Assembly (NCBI GenBank): GCA_963787755.1
Contig: CAWBEG010000001.1
Location: 132,075 to 196,074, forward strand
Direction: 5' to 3'
Length of the DNA: 64,000 nt
From: Vicinamibacterales bacterium
GTDB lineage: Bacteria > Acidobacteriota > Vicinamibacteria > Vicinamibacterales > JAMQPK01
Shown: positions 39,960 to 50,189 of the stretch, piece by piece
Numbering within the stretch: the first letter of the stretch is position 1
Layout of the letters: each line of letters opens with the position of its first letter
Made by a program: the position numbers and the translations under genes
Notes under the pieces: model-generated
What the model was told of the DNA's origin: nothing
The model's input: only the letters and a program-made list of their open reading frames with translations
Databases searched by the model: none

Positions 39960-41888
39960 ATGAACATCAGGCGCTCGACTGTTAGGTCCGCTCGACGCCA
40001 CACCAAAGGCAGTTCTGTAGCGAGTAGCGCGAGTGGTACGTCCGAACCGCTTAACACGCTTCTCGCATCGCTCCTCGATATCGAGAACCAAACGTATTTC
40101 GATCTCGCTCCCCGTGTTCGCGCCGCGATCGATCGATTGCGATCAGCATCCACACCACGAATTGAAGCGTTTTCGTTCGTCCCTCATCCAGACGTGTTAA
40201 ATGCGCTCGCCTTGTCCAACGGTTCAAAGCGATACATAGTCACCATCGACACCTTGCGGAGCGTTGTTTATTTTAAAGTTCGTGAATTCCTAGAAAGCTT
40301 TGAGGCTAATGTTTCTTCCTACTACTCCGGAGGATGGTCAGATTATCTGTGTGATGTCCGGTTCGCGCCGGCCGCGTATGAGGATTTCACAAAGCGGCTA
40401 CTGAACACCCTTCGCGACGCTGGCATCGCAAAATGGGGAAAGCTCAGTGAAGCGGTCGGCATTTTTGAAGTCGTCGATCAGCTAGTAGCACGTGGCACGA
40501 TCGCTAGCGAGAGCAAGCCTGACGCATCACTAATTCAAGATATCTTGAAACACCGGACGCAATTCGAACTTTGCTACCGCAACTATCTCTCGCCAGCGGC
40601 CGAAGCCGCTTGTGGAGGCAGGCAGCAGCAGCTGAACAGTTACTTGAGGAAGCTTCAGCGAGGAGGAGCCATTCTAGGATTCCGCATCGTCATGGACTTT
40701 CCGTTTTATCGCAATCGTGATTACGTCCCCATGATGCTGTCGAACAGGGCGGAGGTAATGCGGAACTTTCTTGACGCTTCGAGAGACAATGCTCTCCTGT
40801 TGCAGCCAGTCGACGAGTTACTCGAAGTAAAGCCGATACTATACTCTGATGATGATGACAAAGACGTCACGCATATTTTTGTAAATACGTATGAACATCC
40901 TGGAGATCGCTATCTTTGGAAAGTGGCCGTCTACGAGGCGATTAAGGTCGACGTCAACCTATACAACTATCCACTTGAGGGAGTTCTCAACCAATCGCCC
41001 ATATATCTATCCGATGTTCCAGAAACAGTCGTAAAGGCCGCTGCGTATGAGGCAGGAACCGGCATTCCACTCGGCACTCTCTACGATCCCTCCTCTGTCG
41101 TGCGGCCAACAATACACCTCCCCATCGAAGGACTTCATCGTCACGGGGTTACCTTCGGCAAGCTAGGTACCGCCAAGACAAATGCTGACCTGGTTGTCGC
41201 GGGGGGCGCATCGACGTGCCTTACAACCGTACTTATCCTCGACGCTTCCGGCAGTATCGACGGACAGCGACGCGCTCTCCCTCGTTCTGTCGCGTCGCGT
41301 TTCACCAGACACGAGTTTTCCAATCGGCTTCATTGGCGCCAACTCCTCTCCAATTCTGGCGTTCGATTAATCAGGAGTAAAGAAGATTCATTTTCTAGAC
41401 TAATTCTTAGAGCGTGTAGTGCCATTCAAGATCTAGAGGACTCGTCAAGCGACAATGCGTCGCAAGCAGTCCATGGCCTCTTGTTAATCGAAGAGGCGAG
41501 TGACGTACCGGGCAGTAAGCGAGTCAGACGTGAATTGCGCCGCCTTCTCGAAAAAGCCTGCAGGAAGGGATGGTGTGTCTGGCTGTCGGTGCAGCGCCCA
41601 ACGGCATTGGCACTTGATGAAACCGAAGTCCTCGATCTGCTTGCAATGCTTGGGAATAGGGTAATTCTGAGTTTAGAAGACGACAAGGAGATTGCACTGC
41701 TTGAAACGGCTTTTTGGCGCGAGGGGGCTGCCGCCGACGGCGTGCAAGAGTTACTAGGTCATCTCCGAACCGCTCCCGAGGGGGTCGCACTACTCCGCGG
41801 TTCAAGTGGGGATAAGCTGCTTGCGCCAATCCTTGTTACGATTCCCTTACTTCACGCTGACCTGCCTGGCGTTTTTCGGACCAGCTGA
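39960..41888 (+). CDS. HerA/FtsK-like (DUF87-type) ATPase with an unrecognised ~390-aa N-terminal domain
   Basis: Intact 642-aa ORF, AT-richer than the backbone. IPLGTLYD...IHLPIEGLHRHGVTFGKLGTAKT (Walker-A-like, nt 41157-41180), VLILDASGS, LLLIEEASDV (Walker B, about 41478-41503), WLSVQRPT. Confidence 0.65.
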   Translation: MNIRRSTVRSARRHTKGSSVASSASGTSEPLNTLLASLLDIENQTYFDLAPRVRAAIDRLRSASTPRIEAFSFVPHPDVLNALALSNGSKRYIVTIDTLRSVVYFKVREFLESFEANVSSYYSGGWSDYLCDVRFAPAAYEDFTKRLLNTLRDAGIAKWGKLSEAVGIFEVVDQLVARGTIASESKPDASLIQDILKHRTQFELCYRNYLSPAAEAACGGRQQQLNSYLRKLQRGGAILGFRIVMDFPFYRNRDYVPMMLSNRAEVMRNFLDASRDNALLLQPVDELLEVKPILYSDDDDKDVTHIFVNTYEHPGDRYLWKVAVYEAIKVDVNLYNYPLEGVLNQSPIYLSDVPETVVKAAAYEAGTGIPLGTLYDPSSVVRPTIHLPIEGLHRHGVTFGKLGTAKTNADLVVAGGASTCLTTVLILDASGSIDGQRRALPRSVASRFTRHEFSNRLHWRQLLSNSGVRLIRSKEDSFSRLILRACSAIQDLEDSSSDNASQAVHGLLLIEEASDVPGSKRVRRELRRLLEKACRKGWCVWLSVQRPTALALDETEVLDLLAMLGNRVILSLEDDKEIALLETAFWREGAAADGVQELLGHLRTAPEGVALLRGSSGDKLLAPILVTIPLLHADLPGVFRTS

Positions 41889-41927
41889 AGCCTGAGAGAA
41901 TGGCGCCCTCGGAGCAACGAGGGAGCC

Positions 41928-42041
41928 ATGAAAAAGACTCGATTCACGGAAGAGCAGATGGTGACCATCCTCCGCGAGGCCGATCAGCGGCCCGTGCCGG
42001 AGGTGGCGAAGAAGCACGGTGTCAGCGACCAGACCATCTAG
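41928..42041 (+). pseudogene. IS3-family transposase OrfA remnant (37 aa)
   Basis: MKKTRFTEEQMVTILREADQRPVPEVAKKHGVSDQTI then a stop. This is the typical IS3/IS407 OrfA N-terminus, with nothing following. Confidence 0.6.
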
Positions 42042-42322
42042 AGCGGGTGCAGTGAATCACCGGTGGGGCCGACGGCCCGTACGAGGTTGGCGACAGTGGC
42101 ACTCACCCCGAGCAAGGCCACGCCTTCGAACAGGATCGTCCGCCGGGCGGTGCGAATCTTTGTCTCAAGAGCGTCGTGGAAGACGCTCCCGATGAAGTAC
42201 ATCCCGTTCGAATCGGGAACGCACCACTCTTTTGGGATTGCGACGCCCCAGCGTCGCGCTCGGCGCGCCAACTTGCGGGAGCGGGCGATGACAGCATGTT
42301 CGGCGTCAAGATACATGGGCAT
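42038..42322 (-). CDS. Hypothetical protein
   Basis: ORF 42038..42322 only; no motif. Confidence 0.2.
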   Translation of the reverse strand: MPMYLDAEHAVIARSRKLARRARRWGVAIPKEWCVPDSNGMYFIGSVFHDALETKIRTARRTILFEGVALLGVSATVANLVRAVGPTGDSLHPL

Positions 42323-42430
42323 GGGCGGTGAGGCGATTCTGGCCGTACAATGCGACTATCATCCGGGGTTTTCACGCATTCCACATTGTGGGAATCGGGG
42401 CGACTCATGGGAAAACTGGAGTGTGCGAAA

Positions 42431-42464
42431 TTCTTAGGAAATGGTCGGGGCGGCTGGATTCGAA
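42431..42464. repeat. att-like junction: TTCTTAGGAAAT plus a 23-nt 3' end of a tRNA-Pro-type gene (minus orientation)
   Basis: TTCTTAGGAAATGGTCGGGGCG matches 55722-55744 apart from one extra A there. GGTCGGGGCGGCTGGATTCGAA is the reverse complement of a T-loop/acceptor/CCA end. Confidence 0.6.
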
Positions 42465-42687
42465 TGTGATTAGCATCACCCTAAAGGCCGGATCATTGGC
42501 AAGGCCCCATCATGGCTGCCGAGTCCCGTTGTACGTCACGCTCGTCTTCCTATTCTTCGTGTTGACGCTGGCAATGTAAACGGGCCGACCTCGCGCGCCT
42601 CGCTGCACAAGTCGACGGCGCACTGCTGTCCTAGGCGCGCGATCCCCCGCATGTGGGGGTCCGCGTCTTCGGCGACACTCTCGCGCG

Positions 42688-42879
42688 ATGGACGAACTGT
42701 CGCCGAAGCGCAAGCCGGGACGACCGCGTGTGGCGCAGCGGAAGGAAGGCGCCAGCGTGGCGACGTGGATGCCCGTTCCGGACTATCACAAGATCATCAA
42801 AACCGCCAGCGCCAACAACCTCTCCGTCTCCGCGCTCGTGCGCGCCTGGCTCCAGAAGAATCTGCGCACGATGAAATGA
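42688..42879 (+). CDS. Ribbon-helix-helix (CopG-like) protein
   Basis: ASVATWMPVPDYHKIIKTASANNLSVSALVRAWLQKNL is an RHH pattern; 63-aa ORF. Confidence 0.6.
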   Translation: MDELSPKRKPGRPRVAQRKEGASVATWMPVPDYHKIIKTASANNLSVSALVRAWLQKNLRTMK

Positions 42880-43174
42880 CAGGTTAGGACTTCGCGGGTC
42901 GGTTCGTAGAAACCACCTCGACTGGATCTAAAGCATTTGGGAAAGTGATCACACGATTTCGCGATCGGTGTGCCGCCTCTTCCACACATGTTCGTAAAAT
43001 CCGACGGCTCGCATTTTGCGCGAGGAATGGTTGTGTCATCGACCCGTACAAAACGCGGCGTGTGCCGCGTACTGGGGAGGCCGGGTCGAGGGCGCGTGAG
43101 GGGCATCGCCGGCACCGATGCCCGTCCCTCAAGCAGGCAGGTTTAGCCCATCCGCATCCGGGCTCGTCGCATAT

Positions 43175-43519
43175 TCACTTCTTCGTGGTCGGAACCACAG
43201 CCAACTGATTCTCGATTTTGTAGCCTGTCGCGTGGTCCCGTGCGATTTGTTCGGCTTTCGTCTTCTGGGCTTCGGTCGGCACCGACCCGCGCAAGACAAC
43301 GAGCTTCTTGTCTCCGAACGTGTCCACGTCAATAGCGCCCGCGTCAATGGTCTTGTCGGCGAGGATGGCCGTTTTCACGTCGAGGGTTTCCACCGCGCCT
43401 TTTACGGCGGTCGTATTGGCTTTGGTATCCGTGACGACGCCTGACGCTGTTGCATGACAGGCAGCGGCAGCGAGTGTCAGCGTGAGAGTAACCAGTATGT
43501 ATGCGATGTTGTGCTTCAT
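43175..43519 (-). CDS. BON-domain lipoprotein (OsmY-like)
   Basis: Lipobox LAAAAC. VKTAILADKTIDAGAIDVDTFGDKKLVVLRGSVPTEAQKTKAEQIARD...ENQLAV. Confidence 0.8.
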   Translation of the reverse strand: MKHNIAYILVTLTLTLAAAACHATASGVVTDTKANTTAVKGAVETLDVKTAILADKTIDAGAIDVDTFGDKKLVVLRGSVPTEAQKTKAEQIARDHATGYKIENQLAVVPTTKK

Positions 43520-43710
43520 GATGTCTCCCTTCCTAGTAAATGTTTCGGTTTATGACTCTTCCCCGTAATAGGGTTGCACCACGTATCGCTCGACGCCGTA
43601 TGGCGTGGCAAACTGCACCACCAGCTCTCGGCTGAAGGTCTGCGCCCACCGCTTGCTTGTGCAGCAACGAACGTGCCACGTCGGATCCGATGGGGTGTCG
43701 CCATGTGAAA

Positions 43711-44098
43711 TTAGGCGCTGTGCGCAAGCACTTTGGCCGGCGTGCTGGTGATGAACTGCGCCCAGCGGTTCATCAGATCACGGCGTTTGTCGAACAGGCC
43801 GGTTCGGAAATACGCGGCTTCGGTCTTGTCTTTGGCGACGTGCGCGAGCGCGGCTTCGGACACCTCGCGGGAACACGTTCGTGCGTTCCGCGCACCTGTG
43901 CATGGCGAATTCCAAAATGCTCGCGATCCGTCGGTCGACCACCTCGCCACCCTCCGTGAGAATCCGAACCTGGCTTTCTTTTTTGTGCAGGTCGATGGCA
44001 CCATACTCCATGGCTGGTCTTCTCCTGTGCGCTACGAGCGCGTTGCAGTAATGTGGAGCGCACGCTACGACGTCACTAAGGGAGACCAGCCGCTTCAT
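43711..44098 (-). pseudogene. Mosaic of an IS110-family transposase N-terminal remnant and a P4-type integrase C-terminal remnant
   Basis: MEYGAIDLHKKESQVRILTEGGEVVDRRI (ORF 43778..44098) and SREVSEAALAHVAKDKTEAAYFRTGLFDKRRDLMNRWAQFI (ORF 43711..44004). Confidence 0.55.
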
Positions 44099-44136
44099 CC
44101 TATCTACGGGCTTTCCGCTGACCGAACGTCCGGCAC

Positions 44137-44920
44137 TTGCACGAAATTTGCACTGGTACCTGGGAGCCGGGCTGGATTATCCGAACCCTTGAGGAAGACG
44201 GCACGTTGGTCGTGCACAGGCAACGTGACGACCTCACGTTGTGGGCGCAACGGGAACAATTCCGTCCGATGCACAGAAACGTTGGCATCGGCAGTGTCGG
44301 GCGACTCCGACTCGGCAAAGAATTGCGGGAGATGCTCCCAGGTTACTACACGATCCTCGGCGACGCGGACCAACCTACCGACGACGCCGGATCTCCAGTT
44401 GGAATAGTACCGGCTCTATTGGCATTTGACGGCTGAGAGTGCGCCACTCTGGATTCACGAGCTGACTCGACGATTCAACGCAGCCAATGTGGCCTTTCAC
44501 GCCAAGGTGCTGAGCGATCCCAGCGCCTACTTTCGTGCAGACGCCGGCGTCCTTTACGTCCCCCACGCGGATCTGGAGGGCGCGATGGCTCTGGTCCCTG
44601 GTCTTCACATGGCAGTTTCAACGCACTTGCGTCACCCAATCCCGATGTTCACCAAGTGGCTCGCTCGTGGGCTTGCCGTTGCCGAAGACCCGGGTGACGG
44701 GCGAAGCTTCGGCCAACATCGTTGCCATCTCGTCGCTGAGGGTGTGGTGCGCGCCTTCGAGAGCGGGAAGACTGCATCCCCCGATGTAACAGCTGCGGTC
44801 GTCGCGCGCTTCGCCGAGGAAGGGCTCGTCATCACAAGGCCCTGGCTGAACGCGGGCTCGCACCAGCGTTACCTTTGGCCGACACCGCGATCTCAATCGC
44901 AGAGATCGAGCGCGCAATGA
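44137..44920 (+). CDS. HopA1-family (T3SS effector HopA1-like) protein; one frame break near 44400
   Basis: RLYWHLTAESAPLWIHELTRRFNAANVAFHAKVLSDPSAYFRADAGVLYVPHADL...LAVAEDPGDGRSFGQHRCHLVAEG. Family assignment is from memory of the pattern. Confidence 0.45.
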
Positions 44921-44924
44921 GGCG

Positions 44925-45494
44925 CACGCTCTGTTTCTCGACGCCGCGACGCTGCAGGCCGACAAGATTCCGCTTTCGGCACACGCGGAGATCGGCGTTA
45001 TCGATTCCGGGGTGTCCCACTCCCACGCGAGCGGAGAATACCGGATCCGGCGGCGCGAATGCGAGGACGCCGCTGCGCGGCTCCACGTGCGCTGGTTGCG
45101 CGCACTCTCAGTGGATGATCTGCCGAGAATCGCAGAATTGCCAGCGCCGCTCGATCGGCGCGCACGCCATGTCGTGACCGAAAATGCCCGCGTGCTGGCC
45201 TCTGTTGATGCGCTCACAAGGGACGACGTGACGACGCTTGGCAGGCTTTTTCTCGAATCCCACACCTCGATGCGGGACGATTTCGAGATCTCGACGCCAG
45301 ACATCGATCGCCTCGTCGACATCGCGGCCGGCAAGGCCGATGTGTTCGGCGCGCGAATGACTGGAGGAGGATTCGGTGGCGCAGTGGTGATTCTGTGCGC
45401 TAAAGGATCCGCGCGATCCGTCGCACACCGAACCGTCGCCGAGTACCGCAAGGCGACAGCGTGTGACGCACGTGCGCTTGTGCCTTTGGCATAA
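44925..45494 (+). pseudogene. galK: Galactokinase (GHMP kinase) C-terminal half only
   Basis: VIDSGVSHSHASGEYRIRRRECEDAA...RARHVVTENARV...ESHTSMRDDFEIS...GARMTGGGFGGAVVIL. The N-terminal galactose-binding half is absent. Confidence 0.6.
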
Positions 45495-45535
45495 CCGGTA
45501 CGAAACTTGAACATGTCAGGCGGCAGGAGACACCC

Positions 45536-46641
45536 TTGAAGGACATTGCCGCAAAAAGAAACAGTCGCGATCTCATTTGTCTGTCGCATTTACGCTGGAA
45601 TTTCGTGTTCCAGCGACCGCAGCACTTGATGACGCGCTTTGCGCGCACGCGCCGCGTCTTTTTTTTCGAAGAACCGAGTCTTCGATGCGGCGCATGCTGA
45701 GCTTCGCATCACGCGCGATCACGGCGGTGTACGTCTGCGTACCGCATCTTCCGATCGGATTTGAACTCAGCCGAGGCGACGACAGAACTCCGTCGCCTTC
45801 TCGATGAGCTCCACACGACAATACCGCATCAAGCGTCCGGTTATCTGGTATTACACGCCGATGGCGTTGCCGTTCGCACGCCACGTGTCTGCCGAGCGCG
45901 ACCGTGTTCGACTGCATGGACGAGCTGTCGGCGTTTCACGGAGCGCCGCCGGACTTGCTCGAGCACGAAACGGAGTTGCTGAGCCGGGCGGACTTGGTCT
46001 TTACCGGTGGCCAGAGCCTGTATGAAGCGAAACGCGAGCGTCATCGCCGCGTCTATCCGTTTCCCGAGCAGCGTCGACGTGCCGCATTTCGCGGCCGCGC
46101 GCGTCAACGAGGGAGGACCCCGACGATCAGGCGCGCATCCCGCATCCGCGGCTTGGCTTCTTCGGCGTGATCGATGAGCGGATGGATCTGGGTCTGATCG
46201 ACGCGGTCGCCGCGGCACGGCCCGACTGGCACCTGGTCATCCTCGGGCCGTGGTGAAGATCGATCCGGCGACGCTGCCGCGCCGCGCCAACATTCATTAT
46301 CTCGGCATGAAGAACGTACGCCGAGCTTGCCAGCTACCTGTCGGGATGGGATGTCGCGCTGCTGCCGTTCGCGCAGAACGATTCGACGCGCTTCATCAGT
46401 CCGACGAAGACGCCGGAATATCTCGCCGCCGGATGCCCGGTCGTGTCGACGCCGCGTTCGCGACGTCGTCCGGCCATACGGTGAACAGGGGTTCGTGGCG
46501 ATCGCCGACTCGGCCGGACGGATTCGTCAGCGCGATCGAACGGGCGCTCGACGGGCCAGTCGGCCGGAGTGGCGTGAAGAGGTCGATCGATTCTTTCCCA
46601 GCATGTCATGGGATCGCACATGGGATGAGATGTCGCGCTGA
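45536..46641 (+). CDS. Glycosyltransferase (group-1-like, glf-associated type); many frame breaks
   Basis: DLICLSHLRWNFVFQRPQHLM, VIWYYTPMALPF, DCMDELSAFHGAPPDLLEHETELLSRADLVFTGGQSLYEAK, NIHYLG, TRFISPTKTPEYLAAG and SWDRTWDEM, spread over 3 frames. Confidence 0.6.
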
Positions 46642-46779
46642 TCGACGGCGACGTCGCGCCTGCTGGACGCGTTACCGGCATCAAGCCGCCACGACTGCCA
46701 TTACCGTTCCCGATACCATCCCGAGCGGTGGCAGCATTGCCGTCGCCTTCAACCGAACCTCTAGTGCAGGGGCAACACG

Positions 46780-47905
46780 ATGTTTGATTACCTCATCGTG
46801 GGAGCCGGATTCGCAGGCAGCGTCATGGCGGAGCGTCTTGCGGCAGACGCGGGAAAGAACGGTGCTCGATCATCGACAAGCGCAACCACATCGGCGGCAA
46901 TGCATACGACCACTACGACGATGCCGGCATGCTGGTGCACAAGTACGGCCCCCACATTTTCCATACCAACAGCCGTGAGGTCTTCGAATACCTCTCGCGC
47001 TTCACCGAGTGGCGGCAGTACCAGCACCGTGTGCAGGCATGGGTCGACGGCCAGCTTGTGCCGATCCCGATCAACCTCGAAACGATCAATCGGATGTACG
47101 GCCTGCAAGCTCACGGCCTTCGAGCTGCCGGCGTTTTTCGAAAGCTCGCCGAGAAGCGCGCTGCGATCAAGACGTCCGAGGACGTCATCGTCAGCAAGGT
47201 TGGACGCGAGCTGTACGAGAAGTTCTTCCGGAACTATACCCGCAAACAGTGGGATCTCGACCCGTCGGAGCTCGACGCGGCGGTGACCGCCCGCGTGCCG
47301 GTGCGGACGAACAACGACGATCGGTATTTCACGGACACATACCAGGCGATGCCGAAGCATGGGTACACGCGGCTGTTCGAGAGCATGCTGTCGCATCCGA
47401 ACATCAAGATCCTGCTCAATGCCGACTACCGCGAAGTGCAGAAGACGATTCCGCACGACGAGGTGATTTACACGGGCCCGGTCGATGAGTACTTCGACTA
47501 TCGCTACGGACGGCTGCCGTACCGATCGCTCGAGTTCAAGTTCGAAACGCTCAACGTCGAGCGGCACCAGCCGGTCGCCGTGATCAACTATCCGAACGAG
47601 AACCTGTACACGCGGGTGACGGAGTTCAAGTACCTGACCGGCCAGGAGCATCACAAGACGTCGCTGGTCTATGAATACCCGAAGGCCTCCGGCGATCCGT
47701 ACTATCCGATTCCGCGCAGCGAAAACGCGGAGCTTGTACCGGAAGTATCAGATGCTCGCGGCGGCGACCAGCAGGCGTTCACTTCGTCGGCCGACTGGCG
47801 ACCTACAAGTACTACAACATGGATCAGGTCGTCGCGCAGGCGCTGACGCTTTACTCGAAGATGACGAGTCAGTCGCGGCAGGACGCCCTCGCGCATGGCG
47901 CATGA
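46780..47905 (+). CDS. glf: UDP-galactopyranose mutase; frame breaks near 46860 and 47740
   Basis: MFDYLIVGAGFAGSV, KYGPHIFHTN, NYTRKQWD, YQAMPKHGYT, INYPNE, YYPI, then VGRLATYKYYNMDQVVAQAL in another frame. Confidence 0.85.
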
Positions 47906-49110
47906 CTTTGCGCCGGCGAGACCGCACGTATTCGACTCGTTCTGGATGGGCGGCTTCGAAGCGGCTACGCATATCAACGGAGCCGGCAGGCGGCTCGACA
48001 TGCTGGCGGCCACTCAGCACGATGTTCAGGTGGATCAGTGATTATGCGCTGTCTCAAAAGCGTCGGCATCCGCACCGTGCGCGACGCCGTCCGCTGGCAC
48101 CTCATCGAGCGCGACGGCATTTTCGACTTCTCGTCCCTCGCGCCAATGGTGGTGGCCGCGGAACGCCACGGCATGCAGGTGATGTGGACGCTGCTGCATT
48201 ACGGCGTTCCCGACGACGTCGACTTCTTCAGCGAGCGCGTTTCCCGCGCGGTTCGCGCGCTTCAGCGCGCGAGGTCGCGCAGTTCATCCGGAGCCATTCA
48301 AAGCGGCTGCCCGTTTTATACGCCGATCAACGAGATTTCGTTTTTCGCGTGGGCGGCCGGCGAAGTGGGATGGTTCTGGCCATTTGCCGAGGCACGCGGC
48401 AGCGAACTCAAAGCGGCAGCTCATCAAGGCGGCGATCGCGAGCTGTGACGCGCTGTGGAAGGTGGACCGGCGCGCGCGGGTCGTTCACGTCGATCCGGTC
48501 ATTCATGTCGTTCCGCCGGTGATGCGCCCGGAACTGACCGAGGCCGCCGACCGCAGCAGCGCGAGAGCCAGTTCGAATCGTGGGACATGCTGGCCGGCAT
48601 CATCGCCCCGAGCTGGGTGGCCATCCCGCGATATCTGGACATCATGGGGGTCAATTTCTACCACTCGAACCAGTGGGAATACCCGGACGACCGGCTTCGT
48701 TGGGAGGACACGCCGCGCGATCCGCGATGGCGGCCCTTCCATCGAATGCTCGCCGAAGTGTACGACCGCTATCGCCGGCCGCTGTTCATCGGCGAGACGA
48801 GCCACGTCGGCGTGGGCCGTGCGCAATGGCTGCGCGAAATCGCCGCGGAGCTGTGGAGCGCGAACGACGCGGGTATGCCGCTCGAAGGCGTCTGCCTTTT
48901 CCCGATCATCGATCGGATGGATTGGAACGACGAGAACCACTGGCACAACAGCGGTCTCTGGGATCTCGTCAAACGCCGGACGGCGTCCTCGAACGCGTAC
49001 TCCATCTCGAATATGCGCAGGAGCTTCGGCACAGCCAGGCGTTGCTGGCGACGGTGCGGCTGGGGCGAGCCACCGGTACCGCAAGACGTACGCCCTCGTA
49101 CGGAAGATGA
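47895..49110 (+). CDS. Glycoside-hydrolase family-1-related protein; several frame breaks
   Basis: FWMGGFEAATHINGAGRRLDMLAATQHD, GIRTVRDAVRWHLIE, PINEISFFAWAAG, GVNFYHSNQW, FIGETSHVG and LFPIIDRMDWNDENHWHNSGLWD. The start overlaps the glf stop. Confidence 0.5.
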
Positions 49111-49144
49111 ACGGGTAAGTGGATATTCTTGACGTTTTTGGAAG

Positions 49145-49351
49145 GTGATACAGATGTGCGATTTATGTGGAGATGCAGGGACCTTGCGCGACGGAAACCC
49201 GTGCCCCCGCTGTTCCCTTTCGAAATGGGTGGAGCGTGGAGACCCGACCGTTCTCACGCGGCCGAAGAGGATCGTCTGGGTGAGCCCAGAACGCGCGTTC
49301 GTCCCTGTCGATCAGAAACCGCGGGGCAATCAGCGGCCCTCGCGAGGCTGA
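49145..49351 (+). CDS. Small CxxC...CxxC protein, hypothetical
   Basis: MIQMCDLCGDAGTLRDGNPCPRCSLSKWV...; ORF 49145..49351. Confidence 0.35.
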   Translation: MIQMCDLCGDAGTLRDGNPCPRCSLSKWVERGDPTVLTRPKRIVWVSPERAFVPVDQKPRGNQRPSRG

Positions 49352-49400
49352 TGGCAGAAGCGGCACCGCCAGTCACGCCGCGGCGCGGCACAGACAAAGC

Positions 49401-49670
49401 TCACAGGCGAACATCGAGATCTGTTGCATGGCGGAGAGCAGCAAATATCTCTCCATGGCGCTGGCACTTCACGACGAGCTCGAATCGTCGGCCATCGTCC
49501 GAATCAATCCGCAGGGTGAACGTCAACGTGTCCGCCCCTGACTCGATGCGGGGGGATTTTCCAGGCTGACGATCGCTGATCTCCACGTCAGCCAGATTTG
49601 CAATTGCAGTACCGTCCGCGGACCGGTTATTGCTAAACTTTTGAGCTTGAATGGAGGAGATATGGACCAT
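49401..49670 (-). CDS. Hypothetical protein
   Basis: ORF 49401..49670 has balanced composition (TLTFTLRIDSDDGRRFELVVKCQRHGEIFAAL). Confidence 0.35.
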   Translation of the reverse strand: MVHISSIQAQKFSNNRSADGTAIANLADVEISDRQPGKSPRIESGADTLTFTLRIDSDDGRRFELVVKCQRHGEIFAALRHATDLDVRL

Positions 49671-50093
49671 ACCCGACCAGAACTAAAGTACGTAGACGCC
49701 CGGGAACTAAATGGCACCGCAGCTCGGCTTGACGGCGTTCCCGTGATCGGTTCGGACGGAGAGACGCTCGGAAAGGTCGAAGGTTTCATCATTGACGTGC
49801 GGGAGCGTCGCCCTCGGCACGTCGTCGTCAGCGCCGGGTGGTTTATTCATAAACACTTTCTCGTCCCGATCGGTCAGGTACGATTGAACGCTGAAGATAC
49901 AGAGCTCCGAGCGGATGTTGTGAAGTCTCGTGTGGAGGATTCCCCTGGCTTCGACAAAGCGGCCTTCGAAAAGTTGGCTGCTGCGGACGCCGCGCGATTG
50001 GATGAAATGATTGCTGCCGCAACGGGAGCAGGACGAACTGATTCGGAGGATAACTACCGCATGCCGCAAGGCTGGGATATCGGTGCTAATTAG
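49662..50093 (+). CDS. PRC-barrel domain protein
   Basis: GGAGGAG RBS; MDHTRPELKYVDARELNG...VIGSDGETLGKVEGFIIDVRERRPRHVVVSAG. Confidence 0.6.
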   Translation: MDHTRPELKYVDARELNGTAARLDGVPVIGSDGETLGKVEGFIIDVRERRPRHVVVSAGWFIHKHFLVPIGQVRLNAEDTELRADVVKSRVEDSPGFDKAAFEKLAAADAARLDEMIAAATGAGRTDSEDNYRMPQGWDIGAN

Positions 50094-50189
50094 TAACGAA
50101 AAGATCGGCCGGTCAGACTACCGGCCGATGCTATGCCGCCTTCGGTATATCCTCTAAGAACTTCCGCGTTCCCATCGACGTGTGCACGA

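Larger units (their letters stand above)
22523..42442. mobile_element. Genomic island 1 (integrase-bearing integrative element) flanked by the 12-nt direct repeat TTCTTAGGAAAT
   Basis: The repeat is at 22523-22534 (5 nt after tRNA-Lys and 7 nt before the integrase stop) and at 42431-42442. The interior is AT-richer and carries int, xis, a replication-like ATPase, XRE and mobile-gene remnants. Confidence 0.6.
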
